Positions 26,901-32,000 of a stretch of DNA of 32,000 bases are shown here, piece after piece. This DNA is from Candidatus Baldrarchaeota archaeon. Lineage in GTDB: Archaea; Asgardarchaeota; Baldrarchaeia; Baldrarchaeales; DXJG01. How positions within the stretch are numbered: position 1 is the stretch's first letter; the number at the start of each line of letters is the position of its first letter. Both the position numbers and the translations under genes were made by a program. The stretch is taken from positions 15,118 to 47,117 of the forward strand of contig DXJG01000012.1 of the NCBI GenBank assembly GCA_019056805.1, given 5' to 3'. The notes beneath the pieces were generated by a model. It did no database searches. It saw only the letters and a list, made by a program, of their open reading frames with translations, and was not told where the DNA came from.

Positions 26901-29900
26901 AATTCCACAGACCATTGTGATGTCACCAATTACGTCACCACTTACTGGCGACGTGGAGGAAGGCTTATTCCTCACAATTAATGCAACACATCCTGAAGTT
27001 ACTAATTCTCAAGACTTTTACGTTGAGTGTAGCGTATTACGGTCTAGTGGTATTAAGGTTCAAGACGAAGCCTACATTGTTGATGTGCAAAAGGGAGTTG
27101 ATACTATAAACATAACACTGCGTTTTGATCCGTTCTTCCTGGAAGAAGGAAAATACCTTGTCCAAGTAGGTATTGAATATGACGATATGTGGGACTATGA
27201 AGTTCTCGATATTACATTAGTGAAGCCATTGAGTATTCTAGAAGCAGTATCTGTAACTCCGCTCATTGAAAACAACGGTTCTATAGTTATTCTGAATAAT
27301 GAATCTCAAAATGATGTTGGAGCACTTTTAGGGTATACTACTAGTTGGCCAACTAAGATAGAGACATTTGAGGTTTCAATAGAATCTTCGCATCCTTACA
27401 GCTTAAATGGTATAGTTGACAGAAGAAACATCCTTGATTACATTAATGTAGACTGGACAATGGTTTCAATGGCAAGGCTTCATTTCAGTTATCTACAAGT
27501 GGAGGAAAACTTTGACTACGTCGAAATTTATAATATTCCTATCCTCGGAAATTATGCTGTCTCTGAAACCACGTTCACACCAATAGCTGATGGCATTGAA
27601 GTGGTAAGTGGTGACGATGATTATGCTGTTGTTTCTTTACCATTTAGTTTTCCATTCTACAACGAAACTTACAGCGAAATTTATGTTTGTACAAACGGCT
27701 ACATAACACTTGATTCAGGAACTTCCCAGTACTTGAACCTTGACACATTATTCTTAACTAGAAAAATGATAGCAGTAGATGCCCGTGATCTTATTACAGA
27801 CGTGTCTGTTGACAGTAATTCTGACAGAGTTGTGATTAGATGGTATGGAAGACTCGCTGGAGAGCTCCCTCCCAGTAAGAGAGACCTTTGCGAAGTTGTT
27901 CTTTATCCAAATGGTGAAATTATCATGTATTACTGGGACTACAGTGAGGATGGAGTTGCAGGGATAAGTTATGGAGATGGAAGATACTACACTAAATTTA
28001 CGCCTCAAGATGGAAAAGCCTATCTATTAACCTACCAACCTCCTACGGAAGTACCCGCTACTATTAAGCCTATTGTTAAGTATACAGGAGAACAAGTAAA
28101 TCTATGGACTCCATGGATACCGATTAATTCTTCGAAAGGACTTTGGGTTACGATTAAAAGCGATGAAGATGTTGCACTCTACGGTTATATAATTGATAGG
28201 GTTGAATTTATGCTCAAACCTGAATATGCGGTGCTTCAAGTCTTTACGGGAGAGTACAATGAATTTACACTTAGTGTTCCAATAGAGTCTTCTCATCCGT
28301 TACCAATTAACACTACGTTCATAAAAGTGAACATCTCAGAATATGGAAACTACAACAGTCTTATGCTACACTTTAAGAAATTAGGCATAAAAGATTCAAC
28401 AATAAGAATTCTTGATTCTTCAAACAATACTATAGTGAGCAGCGATACGCTTAGAAACTATGATGGAATGGAAGAATTCTGGTTACCAATATGGCTTAAT
28501 GATACTTCAGGTGTCTTTTACATAGAATTTAGTAATAAACCTAGTGTCATTCCGACTTACGGCTTCCAAATCGACAAAATAAGAGTTAGAAGAATAGATG
28601 CACAACTGAATTCCACACCATTTATCGATGAAATTCTACAAACCTTCACTTATCAAAATCAAACACTCACCTACAACATAACAATTATTGAAACCAATGC
28701 ATATATGTTGACAATACACTTTTCCAACATTACACTTAGTGCAAATGATAGCATTACGATCTTTGACGAGTACGGAAGCAACATTATCAAGATTTCTGGG
28801 CCAATTTCCCAACAAAATATCGAAGTATCTGTCCTTGGCTCTAAAGCAACAATATCACTCTTAACATCTGCAGATAATACGACCAATATCTATGGTTACA
28901 CAATAGATTACGTTAAATATTGGAGATGGGATTCTGCAAGCTTCAAGGTTGAAAATGTATATCATTTTGGTTATTATGACAATTATTCCGCAAAGAATGC
29001 AACAGGAACCTATGAATTAAAAGTTTTCATGATAGATAGAAATAGAATAATTGAAAAGGCATCTACAGCTACATATCAGGTCATAGAAAACATCCCATTC
29101 AGCATAGCTCTATATATCAATGGCACTACTTCTATATTTGCATACAGAGGTGAAGTCATTACTCTAAATGCAAGCCTTTTAGATATTCCTGGAAACGTTA
29201 CAGTAAATTCTGTAAACTTTTATGCATACAACATAACTTATGGTGGAATTCATCTGGGAACTGGCACCAACATTACTAGTAACATTTGGATACTGGACTA
29301 TACTATTCCACTTAGCTTCCCCGAGGCTATCTTTGCAGTTTACGCTGTTGCAACTGTAGATGGAGAACTCTATGTGGTGGGTGGTCAAGGTTTACTTACT
29401 GTGCAAAACGGCTTTAACATTCACACGTTGATGGTTCAATGTTTGAACCCCGATGGTAGTGTTAATACGACGGTCTCGATATATGAAAATGGAGTGAGGG
29501 TCGCGGCGGAGTATGTAATTTTGCCTTATGTATCTTCGCCTGCAACTTATAGAATATTAATGAATTTCACCGATCAAGATGGTTCATTTTACACTCTGTA
29601 CTCTGAAAATCCGGTAATTTATGAAATAATATTAGCAGAAAATGGATCTACTCTTGTCAGTGACCAACTAATAAAATATTCCACAGAGAACTTTTCATCA
29701 ACATTTACAATAAACTTCAAAGATTTTATGCCGAAAACTTCTACAGTAACTACTTCTAAAATCCCACCATTCATGGGCTTACTTTCATTAAATATCAGTG
29801 ATGCTGGTGCTGACAACCAAACAGTTGACGTTAGAGCAGTATTCATACCACTAGATTCCAAGACCGCAATTCTAAATGCATCTACTTTTGAAGGAAATGT

Positions 29901-31641
29901 TACAGCGGGTCTTTCGGTTGAATTTTCCGCTACGATCGAGAATGCTGATTATGCAATGATCTATCTTATCCCAGAGGTACTTGAAGACTTTACCGAAGAG
30001 GAACTGTCAATTAATTTAGAAAGTGGGCACCCATATCCTGCAGATACCATAAAGATTTACACAATAGATGTTGGAGGAAATATTACAGGTATTACTGAAA
30101 TTACTTTCTCAAGATTTATCCTTGAGAACGGAGATAACGTTACTATTTACGATGAAAACTGGAATGTTGTTTACAGTGTAACAGGACCTATACATATAAC
30201 ATCAGAATGGTCGCTAACTTTCACAGCACTCGGGAATAAACTGTATATTGTGTTAGATAGTCGTGATGGCGATCTGAAAACGTTATGGGGATTCAAAGTA
30301 TCAAGTGTTAAAGTAAAAGTTCCAAGAAACCCATTCATAATCTACAATAAAGCTACAGTCTCAGTGTTCAACACAACTCAGACATTCGAAATCAATGAAA
30401 CCGGAGCAAATAGTATTAGGATTCACCTTCTCAATATAACATTGATGGGAGGAAGTTACCTCGAAATTTACGACCAGAATGATAATTTAGAATGGAGTAC
30501 AACGACAAATGGAACGGACATCAGCACATCAGTAATTCCTGGCGGTTATGCAAAAATTGTTCTAAATGCAACAAATACAGATGCAACCTCCCTCTTCATA
30601 ATCGACTACTATATCGTGGAAGAGGCAAACTGGGACTTTAACAGAGTAAAGACTATATCATTAAGCGCTACAGGAATAACGTTCACTGGAAGTTACATAC
30701 CAAGTGAAAAGGAAATTGGAAAAACATATTACACATGGCTAAAGGCGTATAACGAAACTCAACAATCTTATGTTATATCATATCTCGGTAAATTTACAGT
30801 AGTCGCACCAGAAACTCCGTTAACTATGAATGTGGAAGCTATTATTGATGGGACAATTCAATCTATTGTAGAAGGAACTATTCTTAATGTTGCAAAGAAT
30901 AGCACCTTAATTCTCAATATGCAAATTTCAGGGATCACGGATCCACAAAATTACACGTTCATAATCTATCTAAGTTTACTATGCCCAGATAATGAGCAAA
31001 GAGCCTACATGAACATTATAACATCGCCAAAAATATCATCATTTAATATTACGGTAGAACCGCTCCAAACATGGCCAAGTGGCATTTACGATGCTGTGAT
31101 TTATGTTTATGCATGGAGTAGTGTACATCCCGGCATATTATTCTTTACAGAGTTCAAACTAAATATTAGTAACATGGTACCAACGGTTCTCATACTTGTG
31201 GGCCCACCACAAGTACGATTCAAACAGAATATCACGATCTTGATCTACCCTAGGGATTACGAAGATGGAATATATGTTAATGGAAGTATATCGATAATAG
31301 ATCCTGATGGAAATGTACTAATAATTAAAACGCTCAGTGAACTAAATTTAAACCAAGCATATGGCGCTTATACTTTTGAACTTACAATACCAAGTGATTG
31401 GAAAACAGGCAGTTATATGATTGTTGCAAACATGACAGATTCCGAAGAAGGATCCTCAACTGCTACAGCAACATTTGAAATATTACCACCAGCACCGATA
31501 TGGGCTAAATGGTGGTTCTGGGCGGCAATAGGCGGAATCGCTACCGCTAGCCTTGCAGCCTATTACATTAAAAAGAGGAAACAGAGACTCATAAGAGTAG
31601 AAAGAAGAGAAACTCAAGAATCCATAGAACATAGAAATTAA
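23947..31641 (+). CDS. Giant membrane-anchored S8 subtilase (I9-like prodomain, S8, Ig-like, GIFT/GATase-like domain, CUB-like repeats, NIDO-like insert, Ig-like stalk, TM)
   Basis: Triad VVDTG (D 24454), GHGT (H 24589), GTSVAAP (S 25120), oxyanion AAGNEG. GTG 23947 after GGGGGAG, with TTTATA at 23916, is preferred over TTG 23881. Ends WWFWAAIGG TM plus KKRK tail. Confidence 0.92.
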   Translation: MKRNLALVFCVMIVVAFILPLPYITSFLFHEGKVKVSKNVFSESSPSTTIKNSPISEEVPVVIVFRSDISPGDYERILGEILGKTVKIERVYSLIPAIFTSISSNAVLRIAKDPRITGVWIDTKCKVIDETMTLKGDSVTTEDLRSMYSIPWSWDNTPLTGEGITIAVVDTGINASHDTLDDFEGLKKGQPKVLENLSKSFVPYELDPLEDLNGHGTMVASITAGIDYENDFLGFAPGARLVSIKVADKNGISQESWILDAFEYLSTLSEVKVVVLALGIGVQGPYSPLSQAVDALIDAGKIVIVAAGNEGPAYASLSTPADAFRAITVGATDASGQNVIGNSSERSWLLSDGWGSSRGPTLDGRVGLDIVAVGENVKAATLGGYNVFSGTSVAAPQVAGVVALLLQMYPDLSPEAIKAALRNSAKKLNSWGEWDQGAGMLNVTASFQYLENYSNRMYVAPMQLPGFNNFVLFRGENVTFKLEVGSDFSLNAIVFVHGNASEILSINPSTVSGTGLHLLDAFFNVPENASEGLYTGTVEILDASGISMNVTVSVVVKSPRVVAGVEVSKNFLGLDYYFSVDKVFFGGFFQTRINSIKDNISLIDIDIEQDDLSKIDVLIISDPEFSYSGNEISKINSFVAEGGGLIVFAEIPQTEIGTLGYEIKGSVNTRSLNEIVKNYGIKIDDSEKFAHYIYAMLSPYVVAYTNHPISSGLISLHEWTGYTDMYNVYAGDVIEALGSAAIEYIKEYAEPVAFSTSTVGNSIIGCEFTPFIVASKISRVVVVADSDFLTNPLYNTYDYLFENQRLFRNLLEWTGKVNVTGETYTDILSSQQKIKLGYPIIEDLIISPNTANPVTPTIYIEFKARDNETSSYQLDTTVSIYPYYRYWMQSAIWQFPATYDSSRDVFYTSISNTWIKENPGVYIVNVTVFDGEHSTSTFGILNIYDAYPVIETISATIIHDAKLDGTYSLAGMEDSPENWNVSIGEIPQTIVMSPITSPLTGDVEEGLFLTINATHPEVTNSQDFYVECSVLRSSGIKVQDEAYIVDVQKGVDTINITLRFDPFFLEEGKYLVQVGIEYDDMWDYEVLDITLVKPLSILEAVSVTPLIENNGSIVILNNESQNDVGALLGYTTSWPTKIETFEVSIESSHPYSLNGIVDRRNILDYINVDWTMVSMARLHFSYLQVEENFDYVEIYNIPILGNYAVSETTFTPIADGIEVVSGDDDYAVVSLPFSFPFYNETYSEIYVCTNGYITLDSGTSQYLNLDTLFLTRKMIAVDARDLITDVSVDSNSDRVVIRWYGRLAGELPPSKRDLCEVVLYPNGEIIMYYWDYSEDGVAGISYGDGRYYTKFTPQDGKAYLLTYQPPTEVPATIKPIVKYTGEQVNLWTPWIPINSSKGLWVTIKSDEDVALYGYIIDRVEFMLKPEYAVLQVFTGEYNEFTLSVPIESSHPLPINTTFIKVNISEYGNYNSLMLHFKKLGIKDSTIRILDSSNNTIVSSDTLRNYDGMEEFWLPIWLNDTSGVFYIEFSNKPSVIPTYGFQIDKIRVRRIDAQLNSTPFIDEILQTFTYQNQTLTYNITIIETNAYMLTIHFSNITLSANDSITIFDEYGSNIIKISGPISQQNIEVSVLGSKATISLLTSADNTTNIYGYTIDYVKYWRWDSASFKVENVYHFGYYDNYSAKNATGTYELKVFMIDRNRIIEKASTATYQVIENIPFSIALYINGTTSIFAYRGEVITLNASLLDIPGNVTVNSVNFYAYNITYGGIHLGTGTNITSNIWILDYTIPLSFPEAIFAVYAVATVDGELYVVGGQGLLTVQNGFNIHTLMVQCLNPDGSVNTTVSIYENGVRVAAEYVILPYVSSPATYRILMNFTDQDGSFYTLYSENPVIYEIILAENGSTLVSDQLIKYSTENFSSTFTINFKDFMPKTSTVTTSKIPPFMGLLSLNISDAGADNQTVDVRAVFIPLDSKTAILNASTFEGNVTAGLSVEFSATIENADYAMIYLIPEVLEDFTEEELSINLESGHPYPADTIKIYTIDVGGNITGITEITFSRFILENGDNVTIYDENWNVVYSVTGPIHITSEWSLTFTALGNKLYIVLDSRDGDLKTLWGFKVSSVKVKVPRNPFIIYNKATVSVFNTTQTFEINETGANSIRIHLLNITLMGGSYLEIYDQNDNLEWSTTTNGTDISTSVIPGGYAKIVLNATNTDATSLFIIDYYIVEEANWDFNRVKTISLSATGITFTGSYIPSEKEIGKTYYTWLKAYNETQQSYVISYLGKFTVVAPETPLTMNVEAIIDGTIQSIVEGTILNVAKNSTLILNMQISGITDPQNYTFIIYLSLLCPDNEQRAYMNIITSPKISSFNITVEPLQTWPSGIYDAVIYVYAWSSVHPGILFFTEFKLNISNMVPTVLILVGPPQVRFKQNITILIYPRDYEDGIYVNGSISIIDPDGNVLIIKTLSELNLNQAYGAYTFELTIPSDWKTGSYMIVANMTDSEEGSSTATATFEILPPAPIWAKWWFWAAIGGIATASLAAYYIKKRKQRLIRVERRETQESIEHRN
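27382..30618 (+). repeat. About five degenerate CUB-like protein repeats inside the subtilase
   Basis: ESSHPY (27382), ESSHPL (28285), ESGHPY (30019) starts; recurring hHFxxhxLxxxDxhxIYD and G[YF]xIDxV patterns near 27.4-28.2, 28.3-28.6, 28.7-28.9, 30.0-30.3 and 30.4-30.6 kb. Confidence 0.65.
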
Positions 31642-31684
31642 AGAATTATAACAGAAAACAAGGATTGATAACAATACTTCCAAC

Positions 31685-31711
31685 TTTTATTTTTATTGTT
31701 TCTTATTTTTT
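31685..31711 (+). terminator. T-rich archaeal-type terminator after the subtilase
   Basis: TTTTATTTTTATTGTTTCTTATTTTTT about 45 nt after the stop codon. Confidence 0.4.
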
Positions 31712-31813
31712 CATCTCTTAATACTTAGGTGTAAAAGTTAAATAGTAGTAATATATAATATAACTTTACACTTACAAATACTAAGCAGATCGAAACCCTT
31801 GAGGTGTAACTAG

Positions 31814-32000
31814 GTGCAAAAGAAGATTCTTGCAATGATTTTATTGGTGCTAGTGATTCCAAGCATACTGTTTGCAATGAATTTCTTGAAACCTCAAGGC
31901 GATAGACAATATGAAGGTGAATATACCTCGCTTCAAGGTGAATATATCTCGCTTTCAGATGAAGAAATAGAGAACATTTTGACTCTACATATTGTTGATG
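31814..32000 (+). CDS. 5' part of a membrane-anchored or secreted protein, truncated by the window
   Basis: GAGGTG RBS at 31801-31806, GTG start, MQKKILAMILLVLVIPSILFAMNFLKPQ..., open to the window edge. Confidence 0.7.
   Translation, partial: MQKKILAMILLVLVIPSILFAMNFLKPQGDRQYEGEYTSLQGEYISLSDEEIENILTLHIVD

Noticed and set aside
23947-31641. Intein or frameshift in the giant protease
   Set aside because: The frame is continuous, and I saw no LAGLIDADG or HN-C/S/T splice-junction motif.
8574-31683. Many 60-113-aa ORFs inside or antisense to the large genes
   Set aside because: Nested in well-supported genes and expected from codon bias; none has a recognisable motif.

Overview
AT-rich archaeal genomic window. 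The archaeal call rests on GGTGA/GGAGG ribosome-binding sites, BRE+TATA promoters, CofE- and DUF169-type genes, and large secreted proteins with C-terminal anchors; the lineage cannot be fixed from this sequence alone. I saw no rRNA, tRNA, CRISPR array or transposase. There are three zones. (1) 1-7.9 kb holds mixed accessory genes: membrane proteins, an MBL hydrolase, a DUF5320-ferredoxin-DUF169 group, a SAM methyltransferase, a nucleotidyltransferase with a small partner, and a divergent CofE-like ligase. (2) 12.6-21.3 kb is a metal locus. NikR lies divergent from a P1B ATPase with a CPS motif. A minus-strand run encodes a BtuF/FecB-like binding protein, FecCD permease, ATPase, radical SAM enzyme, gamma-glutamyltransferase-family Ntn hydrolase and amidohydrolase. 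Two related 28-bp sites with NikR-operator geometry (GTAATA-N16-TATTAC and a variant) lie upstream of the binding protein and of the permease. (3) Three very large membrane-anchored surface proteins: a glycoside-hydrolase-like/beta-helix fusion (1389 aa), a NosD/CASH beta-helix protein (624 aa), and a ~2560-aa subtilase. The subtilase has a site-1-protease-like front half and a stalk of about five CUB-like repeats, one interrupted by a nidogen(NIDO)-like domain. The best candidates for new biology are the NikR-boxed importer/radical SAM/hydrolase cluster and the giant S1P-like protease. All family assignments come from motifs recognised by eye, not from database searches.
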